The notes under the pieces were generated by a model, which saw only the letters and a list, made by a program, of their open reading frames with translations, searched no databases and was not told the origin of the DNA. Source: Acanthaster planci (Eukaryota). From it: a stretch of 61,497 bases of DNA. The position numbers and the translations under genes are program-made. This document shows positions 40,468 through 52,072 of this stretch, in pieces (within the stretch, counting starts at the first letter, position 1; each line of letters begins with the position of its first letter). The stretch spans positions 2,539,599 through 2,601,095 of the forward strand of contig NW_019091360.1 in assembly GCF_001949145.1 (NCBI RefSeq). Direction: 5' to 3'.

Positions 40468-43128
40468 TAGGCTTGGGCGGTATTGCCTTTTTCGATACCG
40501 CAGTATCCATGAAAAAAATACCACGGTATTTACTAATACCGCGGTATTCGTTGCAGAAGGCAATGACGTCATCAAAAAGCAGCGGCGATGCTGACATTCA
40601 ATGGCAAACCACAAACAACACTAGGGGCCAGCATAAAGGGTTTTTAACGCCACAGAGCCCCCTGAACTTGATAACTATTATAATTTATCTGTCCATTTGA
40701 TGTCAAATAAATATTATTTATGTGAAAGCATTTTTTAAAAAAGGGACGGTGTTGTAAATACCGCTTTGTTGCCCCACGATTCCTATATCTGTGTGGTCAC
40801 TCGTACGGTTTCAAAATCTGCACATGTACTACAGTCAAGCTGGTATTCGCTGAGACAGTGTGTTATTGTAATGATTACATTTGGGTCACCAGTGACTGCT
40901 CCTCTTAGCTGCGCCCTAACACGGCGTGTGTGCAATGGTAAGGTGGCTTTCAGAAAACTGCAACGTGGCAGTCGACTCATTACGAAATCGGTTGTAAAAG
41001 AATTCCCATTACAACAAGCATAAATCTGTGGTCCCGGTGAAAACGTGCATATTTCTATGGGGAGAAAATACTGTATGTTACAGCAAAATAGCATTGTAAG
41101 AAATTCCTGGTACAACGAAAGGTTTTCGTGACTCCGTTGCCTGAAAAACCATTGTTGACGACCCATTCATAAAACGTTTGCGAATCGCGGTAGTGAAAAC
41201 ACGTGCGCAGTGCACCACGCTGGTTCCCGCCGGGCCGAACCCTTGCCAATGAAGGCATGATGGAAATGCGGCAACCAGTCATTGTACAGGTTCTGCAAAA
41301 AAAAAGGCTTGTACGTTCCACTACATCAAATGCAGCTTTATAGTTGCAAGTCAAAAATAAAGTGCCATCACCAATTTTTCTGCAGGTTCATTCACAAATA
41401 TTGATCTCATGTCTATGTTTGTGTTTTCTGTGTTCATGAATTTAATTTGAGGTTGTACTGCTTGCACTCAAGCGAGTGTGCTTCCACAAAATTTCCAGTC
41501 GCGCAACACAAGGCTTATCACCCACCCCTCCATGTGCATCACGCACGCTTACAACGCGATATACAGACATCGTTTGCCAGATTCCTGTCATCATGACACG
41601 CAAAGTGCACGATTAAAAAATCCATGATATTTTACATTGATTACACAAACGCCAAAACAAAAATTCCCATCCCATTTCCAATAAACTGATAAAATACGCC
41701 CCAAATAAGTTCACAAGACTTTTCTCGTATCTCAAGAGTCCAACTAATCGCCCAACACTGAATTATTCATATTACTACAAAAAGATCTAGCGTGCCCGCC
41801 AATGAGACTGTGCATTTTCATGACGTAATTTGGCAAGACACAGCTATCCAATCGTAGTACTCGTTCATGACATTATGCATCTTCCGCGACCATCTCGCGC
41901 GCGGGCGACCGCGCCGCAGTGGGCGAGTGAACTTGGACTACCAATCAATTGTGTCATGCAGCTTGTGTCAAAAATCAAAAGAGAGGCGAAAAATTAAACC
42001 AAAAAATGTCTCTCCGTGACACAATTTGTGTTGGAAAGACTACATGTACATGTACTTACAAGCATGGGGGCTTTAGTTGATGAGCCTTCACATTATTGCA
42101 GGTACATGTACATGTACATGTACATCCAGGCCTACATGTACATGCGCACGCAGGTTAGTTACTGTTGGCTACGTCGTCATCCATGGCGATTGAAAGTCTT
42201 TTAAAATCCCTGGATTGATGCTTTCACATGTATTTGCTTTTTTTAAATTTCACATGCACATTAAACATGTCCTCTGACAGTGAAGTTTATTATTCTAAAC
42301 ACATCACAAGGTATTTAATTAATCATAACCGAGAGATCTTTTTTATCAACCACATTGTCCTAATTTAATTCCGGAAAAAACTGAAATACAAGCAGTGACA
42401 AGTGGGGAATCATGTTTTTGCTTCTCTTTTCGTGTGGTTGAAACGAATGTGAGAACAATAATAAAGATCGTTGATTGCCGTGAATGTCGAACAGATGTAG
42501 ATTTATGGAATCATTTTATAGTTTATAACACACATTCCTGGCTTCGGTTAGATAGATTTTCACAGAATACTTGTACATGTGGTATATGAAGGACAAAAAA
42601 GACCCTAAGAGAGCACAAGGCTAGCACAAGCAGCATTCAAATTTTTTGATCTGCCAATAAAAATCTTCGGAAAATAAAGTCCAGTGCGTACATGGAAGAC
42701 CAGCTGATTTTTAATTCCCAACATGAAGGGCTGTGATACATGTACATGTACAAGAAGCACTGCCTACAAGCTATTCCAAAACCGCAAACTCTGCGGCGGC
42801 AATAGGGAAACAAAACCTTTTGACAGGCGGGTTGATGGCTGCATGCTGAAATATCACGTTACGTCTTATCTCCTCACCAAAAGAGACAATACAAACATGA
42901 TGCTGGATGATTTAAACCACAAAGGATGCAGTCACTGTTGTGGATATAATTGTCTGCTTTCATCTTATGAGGGTTGTGGGAACATTCTGAACAAATTAGC
43001 CAGAATACCGCGGTATTGAAATTCAATACCGAATTAGTCGGTATTCCGGTATTCATGGATTGTTAGTCGGTACTGTTCGGTATTAAAAAAAGTGGTATCC
43101 GGTAATACCGAAATACCGCCCAAGCCAA
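40468..43128. mobile_element. non-autonomous hAT-type DNA transposon (2661 bp)
   Basis: TIR TAGGCTTGGGCGGTATT / AATACCGCCCAAGCCAA; 8-bp TSD GTGAGAAT at 40460-40467 and 43129-43136; many ATACCG/CGGTAT subterminal motifs; no transposase recognised. Confidence 0.9.
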
Positions 43129-44774
43129 GTGAGAATGGCACCTACATGTATTACCACCTATGGATAAATTCAGAGCTACACCGTACACTGTAAGCTAAAT
43201 GGCTAAGCTACACGTACATGGCTCACGATCCTATTCCAAACTGGATCTTCCTTCTGGATACCATCAGCGAGACCTGGCGCCAGACAGTCAGTACGGAATA
43301 TGTACATCATGACCTTTGTGACACATGTTGGACTCAAGTGATACTTAAGACCCAATATCTCTTCACCCAGGGAAGTCTTCTAAAACGCTATCCGACAAAC
43401 CATTGAAGGCATAGCAGGTGTGCTCAATGTCTCAAACAACATTCTGATATACTGTACATGGAAGGCCTCAACCACTGACGAGCACAACAAAAGGCTAAAC
43501 ATTCTTCTAGACACCTGCAAGAGAAAGGCGGAGAGGAGAAGTGCCAATTTGCTCAATCTCGCGTACAACTGTACACTTCTTTGGACTTGTCTTCAGTGGA
43601 TATGGCGTCTCCCCAGACCTGTGAAAAGCCAGTGCCCTTCAGAGTCCAACAGAAGCCCACAGCCTCCTTGATATGGCAAGCTATGGCTCATGTTTCATAC
43701 TTCTAAACTATTACTGAGCCCCTTCGCACACTTACTGAGAAAGACACAAAGTCTGAGTGGAACTCAATACACGTTGAAGCTCTCCAAAAACTCAAAGACT
43801 CACTCACACTTGAAGCTGTCGGTGCACACTTTGACCCAGCCAAAGAAACAGAAGTACATGTACATGTACATGTATGAGTTGATGCTACGGGTAGACCCGT
43901 TGGCCTCAGCGCAATGTTAACACAAACTGGCAAACAGGGACTAAACAAGGTGTTCAGCTATGCCAGTTGCGCCCTGACACCCACTAAACAAATCACTTGA
44001 AGGATTGGCCAAGTGTTCACAGTCGTCACTCACAAACCACTTATTCCCTTACTCAGTAAACCTCTGGCAAATCCATCTCCATGTACACAGAACTGGCTGC
44101 TCAAACTGCAGTCACACATGTACCGGTACATGTACGGTACCCTGTCCGTTGTCCACCATGCTGGAAAGGACAACCCCGCAGGCTACCGTACTCGTACTTA
44201 ATTGTCCAGACACCCTAACTCAAACAGTGAGATTGAAAGTCTCTCAATGGAAGCTGATGATTTTGTTCACGTAGTTGTGCACCATTTCACTCCCAAGGCT
44301 CTCACGTTTGACGAAATCCACCATGAAATAGACAAAGACCATGCTCTCCAAATAATCATACAAGCATATCACGATGGACTATGGTTCAAACTCAAAGAGA
44401 ACACATGTATAATGCTTTCTGGGTAACTGGAGACAGTATCAGTCACAAAGAGTGGTGTACGGGTACGGTACATGTAGTCCTGTGAGAGCAACGCTTGAAC
44501 ATAATTCCTGCTAGTTTTCAACAGCACATTCTCCAGCTTGCCCACAGCAGTCATCAGGGAATATCAAAAAAACATGTGAAAACCAATAATGATCCTCATT
44601 CAACAGTGTGGAGTTCAAAACATTCCCTCTTGGATTTTGCCACAGAAAGATCATCCCCCACTGGCCAGGAGCCAACGGTCAAGCAGAAGACTTCATGACA
44701 AACCCGAAGAAAGCTGTCTGTTGTGCAGAAGCTCCAGGAAGACCGTGGAAACAAGAACTACATGTATTTCAGTC

Positions 44775-44975
44775 AGAAACATGCACCGAAGTACACAAAG
44801 TGGCCACAAAGCTTGTAGTGTATAGAACATACAGTATCTTACCTGTTTGACAAATCCAAGAACTCTTGTTCGAAGTGGACGTGACAATGATGGCATCCCT
44901 TCTGCAGGCATCTTGCATGGCAGTGTCTCTCATCAGCCTGAGGGAGAATCAGAGAAACAATCCCTACAATCATTA
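44775..44975 (+). repeat. SINE-like repeat copy 4 (headless)
   Basis: catgcaccgaa...gtggcca...atcttacc...tccaagaactcttgtt...ctgagggagaatc shared with the other copies. Confidence 0.7.
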
Positions 44976-45010
44976 ATTAATTAGTTTTGATTGTATATGT
45001 ACATGTATGT

Positions 45011-45262
45011 GGGTAATTCCAGAAATTAGGGGGCCAAAAGTGTGACATTTTCGTGTCCCTGCTACATGTACATCTGACCTTTATTATTTGACAAGGAAAT
45101 ATCACTGGAATTGATTTCAAACTATCATTTTTTGTTTGGCCGGTAATTTGCACTAATTCGTCACTCTTGGAAATTAGAAAATGTGTTCTGAACTTACAAA
45201 ATCATATGTCAGATGTGACAGGGACACACACAAAAATGGACCCCTGATTTCTGGAATTACCC
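45011..45262. mobile_element. MITE (~250 bp)
   Basis: TIRs GGGTAATTCCAGAAATTAGGGG / CCCCTGATTTCTGGAATTACCC, plus inner tgtccctg...acatctgac / gtcagatgt..cagggacac. Confidence 0.85.
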
Positions 45263-45757
45263 GTATACATTCATGTACAGGGTAGATAAGAAAGACATGT
45301 GCTGGTGCGTTGTACACGATGTACATGTACATGTCAGCTTCCACAGCTTCCTGTGCTGCACCTACACGCATCTTACAAAGAACTTAAAATTCAGCTGGAA
45401 ATATATCCCAAAGAATTCTTTGAGTCAGGGTTTAATTCAAACCAACATGTATTTGTACCAGTATTAGCCTTGACACCAGTTTTTGGCTAAATTTATCTTT
45501 TATTACCGTCAAATCTGTTTAACACTCTGTCACACTCAGAAAAATTTGAACTGTGTCTTTTAAACTTGAATACCCCTGTACACTGTAAATTGAAACACCC
45601 AAAGCAACAGAGACATTTACATGTAACTACATGTAGAAATTATATTCAGTCCTCCAAAACTGCCACTGGAACGGGTCAGAAAGATGAAAAATACAAATTT
45701 ACAATGTATACATGTACATGTGTCCGTACATACATGTACATGTCCATTAAATTGGCT

Positions 45758-46037
45758 GCATGCTTTGCAAACAAAACCATGACGTAAAGAAATTACTCTG
45801 CCAAGAGTGGATGTAACATTCTTTTCCAACGTTAGTGACGTACAGATTTCCAGTGTGCCTTGCAGATTTCCAATAATTATGTACTCATGTGACCAGTACC
45901 TTTGATCACTAGAGGGCGCACACACAACAAAGCCATGATGGGACCAACTCAGAAGTCAGGCATGCTTTGCAAACAAAACCATGACGTAAAGAAATTATTC
46001 TGCCAAGAGTGGATGTAACATTCTTTTCCAACATTAG
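45758..46037 (+). repeat. 78-bp near-identical direct repeats (45758-45835 and 45960-46037)
   Basis: gcatgctttgcaaacaaaaccatgacgtaaagaaatta(c/t)tctgccaagagtggatgtaacattcttttccaac(g/a)ttag. Confidence 0.9.
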
Positions 46038-46479
46038 AAACTCAGAAAATAGAAACAAAGTGCATGCAATGGGAGTGCCTTGTACAGTACATTGTACATG
46101 TAGTCACATGTACTTGTACACACTGCTACTACATGTACATGTATTTGTTTGTTACTACACTACTTCACTCTTGATTGTTGAACACGATTTGAAAACAGTG
46201 TGAGGATCTTTTGGTCTGGAACCCAGACACCAACACATCAAGATCCCAATCGCTTCTTTTTTCAGTCAACTTTGGGCAACCTTGTTTGGACTTGGAGTTT
46301 GGAAATTCAAATAACAGAAAATTCAGCATCTAAGATTTTGAAATATTTGGCTTCTTCCAAGAGCAGACAAATGCCAGTGTTTCAGCAAAATCCTCGCAAG
46401 ATTCACAGGCAGCAACATCTACGCCAGACATCGCAGTAAAATCTACAGCTGCAGAGCAACCTGAGTCTCATTCACCCCA

Positions 46480-47760
46480 AGCACAGCCGAGTCACAAGCT
46501 GGATGTTCCTCTCCCTCGTCTAGGAGAATTTGACGGCACAAAGTCATGGGAGGGCTTCGTCCGACCACTGATGGGTCTCGCTAAGGCTTGCCGCTGGACT
46601 GAAGAAGAAAAGCTGTTCTGGCTTTTGAGCAGTCTGCAAGGAAAGGCAGCCGAGTATGTTTCCCAGCAACTTGATCCTGAAGCCATCAAGTCCTTCGACA
46701 TCTTGATGGAGGAGCTTGGCAAGCAGTTTGGCGAATGACAACTGCCAAACTACAGCATCACTCAGCTTGAAGCTAGGAAACATCAGCCCAAGGAGAAGCT
46801 GACAAGGAGAAGCTGAGATTGTTGCCAACATTCACCGTTGTGTCTTCTGTGGCTACCCAACAGCAGATCCAGTTACTATGGAGAACATCGCTCTTCGCCA
46901 TTTTCTGAAAGGCCTCTCTGACCAGCAGGTAGCAGTTTCGGTCGGCATGACAAACACCAAGTCCCTCAAGGAGGCTACAACGGCAGTCGAAAATTTCCTG
47001 AGCCTCCGTGACACCATGAGCTCTGGAAATTCACATTGTGTGAAGACTGTGCAAGCAGCTCCTGAGAATGGCAGCGTGTTTGTCACCACAAAGCAGTTTC
47101 GACAGTTCCAGGACAACCTCGACCTACGACTGAATGGAATCGTCAAACGGAGCAAAAACAAACCCGTTAACAGCCAGAAACTCACCAAGCCCGTGGAAGC
47201 CAGCACACAGAATCCTGCCAAACCTGCTGAAGCCAAACAGCAGAAAACCAATGACGTCACTTGTTTCAAGTGTGGCGAGCCTGGCCACTTTGCGAACAAG
47301 TGTCCTGAAACAACGGCTTCTTTAAAAGAGGTTGTCATCATACAGCCGGGAAACTAACAAGGACCGTGCCGCCCGGCCTGGCATCGATCTGTTCCAATGA
47401 ACAGAATACTATCCAATTAGGAAGACAGCAAATGCAAGGTATGTCTGTGTTTTTACAAGTGCAAATGTGCGGCACACCAAGTGAACTATTAGTTGACACA
47501 GAAGCGGCGGTGACCATAACATCATCAGCACTTTTCAGCCAAATAGCAACTGAAAAGTGCCCTGAACTCAAACCCCTTCGCAAAGATACAAACTGGAAAC
47601 CGCAAACAAAGAACTTATTCCCACTGAAGGTGTTGCTACAGTTGACATCTTGATTGGTGGACAGCACTATTGATGGGATGCAACTGTCGCCTACATTAGT
47701 GATGAGGGCATCCTCGGCTATGGCTTTCTGTACCACTATGACTGCGTACTGCAAGCTCGC
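46480..47760 (+). mobile_element. second Gypsy/Ty3 remnant: gag plus protease
   Basis: EFDGTKSWEGF..WTEEEKLFWLLSSLQGKAAEYV; MENIALRHFLKGLSD; CCHC knuckle CFKCGEPGHFANKC; protease LLVDTEAAVTI and GILGYGFL. Confidence 0.9.
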
Positions 47761-48179
47761 CACAGCATGAGAAATAAAAATATGTTTGTTTGAACATCCA
47801 GGTCTGAATTAGAACATATTTACTTTCTTTGCGGTGCGTGGTTTTCTATGATGTTATTGTTTGGATATTACTTAACACAGGTGGGATTATATAGGACTAT
47901 AGTGGCACGATCTTTCATTCACGTCAGTTGTGGTACAGGCGCAACACTACCTTTTCCTTGCCAACATGTTACACGAAGATGCAACCCAAGATCTGTCACC
48001 TTCTGCCCCGGCAACCCAAAGCAGACTTACAAGACATCTAAGCAGTTTTTGCATCCTCATTTGACGAAAAATTAAGAAAAACGAGGTCTGATTTCAAAGA
48101 GCTATACAAGGCTACAAATTCTCTGGTGGAGAAGATTAAGGACACATCAAAAACAAAATGGTAGTTTCAGTTTAACCTT

Positions 48180-49150
48180 AAGCTTAGCCATTCGGGAATA
48201 AATGGTTCACTCCATACTTGGATTAGGAGTAGGACATTTCTTACACAGATATACATGTATCATAACAAGTTGTCCTACAGGTTGAAACTTCATCTTCCCT
48301 TCATGTACATGTAACATCTGGTGTCCCACAACGTATTTTTGCTATACATGTACATGTACGTGAATGGCATCTGAAATGGATTTTACATCGAAAGTACATG
48401 TACGTCTATTCACAGACGACTGTATCCTTAACAGACAACCATGGCAAATGAAGTTCAAAAGTCTAAATGTTACACCATGCAAATTACCCACATACCGGTA
48501 AAGAAGCCAATTCTGGAAGATTACAAGTTGGGGGGATACGACACTACAAGCTGTAACCTACCACACTTACATGTACATGTACTTAGGAGTCGGGACTCAA
48601 CAACAAATTATGCTGGGCAACTCAGACTGAAAGTATTACAGCAAAAGCTAACCAAATTCTAGGTCTGTCTACAGTAGCTGTTCTTCTGAAGTAATAGCGA
48701 GGGCTTATAAAACACTAGTCAGACCTCGTCTAGAGTACTGTTCATCAGTCTGGGATCCCCGTCATAAGAAACATAAATTACAGCTGGAAGGGGTTCAACA
48801 AGGATCTGACTGATTTGTCCTCAACAACAACACTGAGGGAGAGTGTCACCAAAATGCTGTCCCAACTGGAATGGGAACCCTTGGAACATTGTAGAGCAGC
48901 CCAGAGATGACCCTCCTCTACAAATCTGTCAACAAAATCGTTGCCATCAATACCGACTGTACATGTACTGTACATGTACCAGGCCAAACCAAACCATTCA
49001 ACAAGACAACAGGTACATGTAGCAATCTCTTTCATCAAATCATCTGCACACAAAGACTGCTACAAGTTCTCATTATTCCCAAGAACTTTTGCAGAATGGA
49101 ATAAATTACCACCGGCAATAGGTCACGCACCAAGCACTGCAAAGTCGCAA
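48180..49150 (+). mobile_element. non-LTR (CR1/L2/Jockey-group) RT 3' remnant
   Basis: VTSGVPQ, RLFTDDC (YADD-like), YKTLVRPRLEYCSSVWDP, SVTKMLSQLEWEPLE, FSLFPRTFAEWNKLP. Confidence 0.85.
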
Positions 49151-50849
49151 CCTCAGTCTCTTAACAATCGGCCATAAATAGCCACCTGGGGCAAAAATGT
49201 CTACATGTAGTTTATTCATAAATTGGTTGACTGATTGGCTAAAAAAATAATCCAGCAGAAAAGTCGCGCAATTCATCATTCTGCCAAAAAAAAAAAAAAA
49301 TCAACTTTCTAAGCCGTCGTCAGCCAGGAATTGACGTTTGGAGCACAATGAACAGCGCCCTCTACTTTTGAGATGTGTAGAGTACTTTTAATATGTGATT
49401 GTTGCCGATGATGTCAGGCTCAACGCTCAGTGTCATCGCATTTGCTTGTATGCCATCGGCTTCAATGTAACTGTGTGATCTTTTTGTGCAAAGTCAAGTC
49501 ATAATTTGAGGGATATTACACAGCTTAGGTGGAATTTAAACTGAATAGTCGAGAAATGTAGCTTTTTTGTCAGGGGTAATGTCAATTATTGATCCCAACG
49601 AAAGCTGGAGGGTCAAGAGATATTTTTGCAACAGTTGTAATGTAATAAAGGAACCAAACAATGACATTCCTAACAGCTTATGCTTATCTTGAACTGAGTG
49701 TTGTGTCATGGCCTAGAATAGCGGATAAGAGAGTTTTTCAAATCGCCTAGCGATTGGCCAACTTGGGATATTTGATTTGGAACTCAGCTCTTCAATTGTG
49801 AAATATTTCAACACGTTTTGTGTGGTTTTTATTTCAATAGAAAAGTTGATTGAATCTTTTGGCAAAGACCTCTGAAAAATATGGTAAACACTAAAAATTA
49901 AAAATGTGTTTTTCTATGCAGATAAAAATCATGACAGAACAGTATTCGCTGATGTCTGGGTCAGGTAGGGTTTTTAACTACTGTGTTCTGCTCAGTCACT
50001 TTGTGGTTACATGATAACACATCCCGTCTTTGTGTGGAAATTTACTAGAGATGAAAGATCACAGATTTAAGGATATCAAAACAGTACACCGTTCATTGTC
50101 ATCAGTGCCAACCTCACACTCAAAATCTGTGACCTGGAACTGAATCCAGCCAAGGCCAACATGAGCAGCTTGATTTACATGTAAGCCCTAACTTGATCCT
50201 ACATGGACTCTTCCCAGAACATTAAAATGTACCGTTCATGTATCCACGGTTTTACTCCCACCTCCAGAACTGAAGATTTATCGTCTACTCCCTGCACTTT
50301 TCTTCAGGCTCGTGAATAATAGTCCAGAGGGTGCTTTAGAGAAAGCGTTGGTTTATTATCAGAAGTACTGTACAATGTAAGCAGTAACAAGACTTGTGTT
50401 TGTTACATAGCAAACACAGAGCTGTTTTGGAAATTTTTCTTTGAGTCTTTGAATAAAAAAAAAGAAAAGAGTGGAAAAAAGGTGACTAGACGGGCATTAA
50501 ACCCAGTGCTCTTAAAGTACATGTACCGGTATGTCTGTAGGAAGCGTAAATTGCCATGGGATCTTGCACTGACTGGATGTCACCCTCTAGTTCCAATATC
50601 CAGGTAAAGCATTATAACTGTGCAATAAGCAGTTACATGTATCTTGAGTGAATGCATGCACTGTACATGACTGTAGATGTACACTGTATGTACAGTACAC
50701 ACACAGAAGACAGCGTTATGGGTGTGCATTGATTTTATTTGAGTGAAAGGCTACTAAATGTTATGGTATTTTTGTCATCGCCAGGTCACGTACACGTATG
50801 TAAATGTATGTGAAAAAAAGCTACATGTTCATATATTAACGCCTTGGAC

Positions 50850-51700
50850 ATTTGACGTCAATGTTTATTTTTTTAATTGATTGGTATTTCAAGACTGAAA
50901 ATGTCAGGATTGATTTGTCAGTGATTTTTGAAAAATTAAAGGTCTTTTCATGGTAACTTCCAGTCTAATGATCATCAGCTTCAAACATCACACGTGTTCT
51001 TTGAGTAAAGGTCATCATACAGTAAATGATCAGATTTACCAATTTTCAAGTTTTAATTACAGCAAACTGAGCCAGAGACATCTATTGAAAATGCATGTTT
51101 GACATTTTTCAACCTGCTGCTAGAGGGCGGTGGAGAATTTCATGAAGTCAATGCTCACAGTTTCGAAGAATAATCTCTTGCTTGAGACTAACACTGTTAA
51201 TAAGCAAGTTCGTATTTACATGTACAGTGTACATGTACAGTATTACAAATTTAAATGATAAGGCACTTCCGGTTTCGACGGGAAGCAACAGTCACGTGAT
51301 TTTACTTACATGTACAAGAGAAAAATGAAGACCTACATGTAAATTTTCTAATTGATTTTCTCTGGATTTTCAAGATTAAAATGATGTAAATTGACACCCA
51401 CAGGTAATGACATCATGAATCATGATGACATCAAGGTTTGGCATACATGTACCGGTAGATTTCCAAATAGTAGTCCAAATACCGGTACCTCCCAGGTTTG
51501 AAGGGAATCAGGTTTTAAAAAGGCCAAAAGCAGCATGTAGAATGGGCCTGTTTTATGTTAAATGGGTTAAAAGTGGAAAAAAAATAAAATAAAAAAATTA
51601 AAGTTTTAAGAAGAACAATAGCTGTTTCGGCTATTGCCCTCAACAGCTAATTAAGACAAACAAGAGCTGTTTAAGCCGTTTCTAAAAAACAGCTAATAAG
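50850..51700. repeat. interspersed repeat related to 10133-10365, ending in duplicated short hairpins
   Basis: Shared core (see the 9200-10610 feature). Terminal hairpins tagctgtt...aacagcta and agctgttt...aaacagct at 51619-51695 resemble Helentron/HINE-type ends. Confidence 0.45.
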
Positions 51701-51939
51701 AAATGCCTCATCAAGTGTTTGACGGCCTTACTACTTTTCAGTGCATACTTACTCCAGGAGTATTCGATCAAAACATTTTTTAAATGCCTCACATTATGAA
51801 AATGAATGCTTTATTAACAACCATAAAAGGATTTCTCATTTCCAAATTTAGTTCGGTCAGAACAATGCAACACTGTGATCAAAACCAGTATTACTACTCA
51901 GTCTACTAACACTGTATTACTGGTAACTTACAGATGTAC

Positions 51940-52072
51940 TAGAATGTAAAATCTTCCATCTTGACAAGTCCAAGAACTCTTGTTCCAAGATGGACAGAGC
52001 ACCCTTCTACAGGCATCCATGTAGGCACCTCTTCTCGTCAACCTGAGGGAGAATCAGATAACAATCATGACT
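51940..52072 (+). repeat. SINE-like repeat copy 5 (3' body)
   Basis: ttgacaagtccaagaactcttgtt...cccttctacaggcatcc...caacctgagggagaatc. Confidence 0.7.

Larger units (their letters stand above)
38027..44765 (+). mobile_element. decayed Gypsy/Ty3 LTR retrotransposon interrupted by a MITE and a hAT-type element
   Basis: Gag FGIAWEKWIKRF...LLLHYGGEQL and FEKAKETLTNRFIPKRNPIHE; knuckle CHNCG..NGKEC...KLNHFSSVC; RT VPKPHNPNDIRLRIDMRAENKAIK, continuing after 43136; integrase HRKIIPHWPGANGQAE. Possible 5' LTR from TGTTATG at 38027 and PBS-like TGGTGATGA at 38171 (weak). Confidence 0.9.

Noticed and set aside
46090..46260. 5' LTR and PBS of the second Gypsy
   Set aside because: No partner LTR or clear PBS found.
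46853..47341. 162-aa minus-strand ORF
   Set aside because: Antisense shadow of the Gypsy gag frame.
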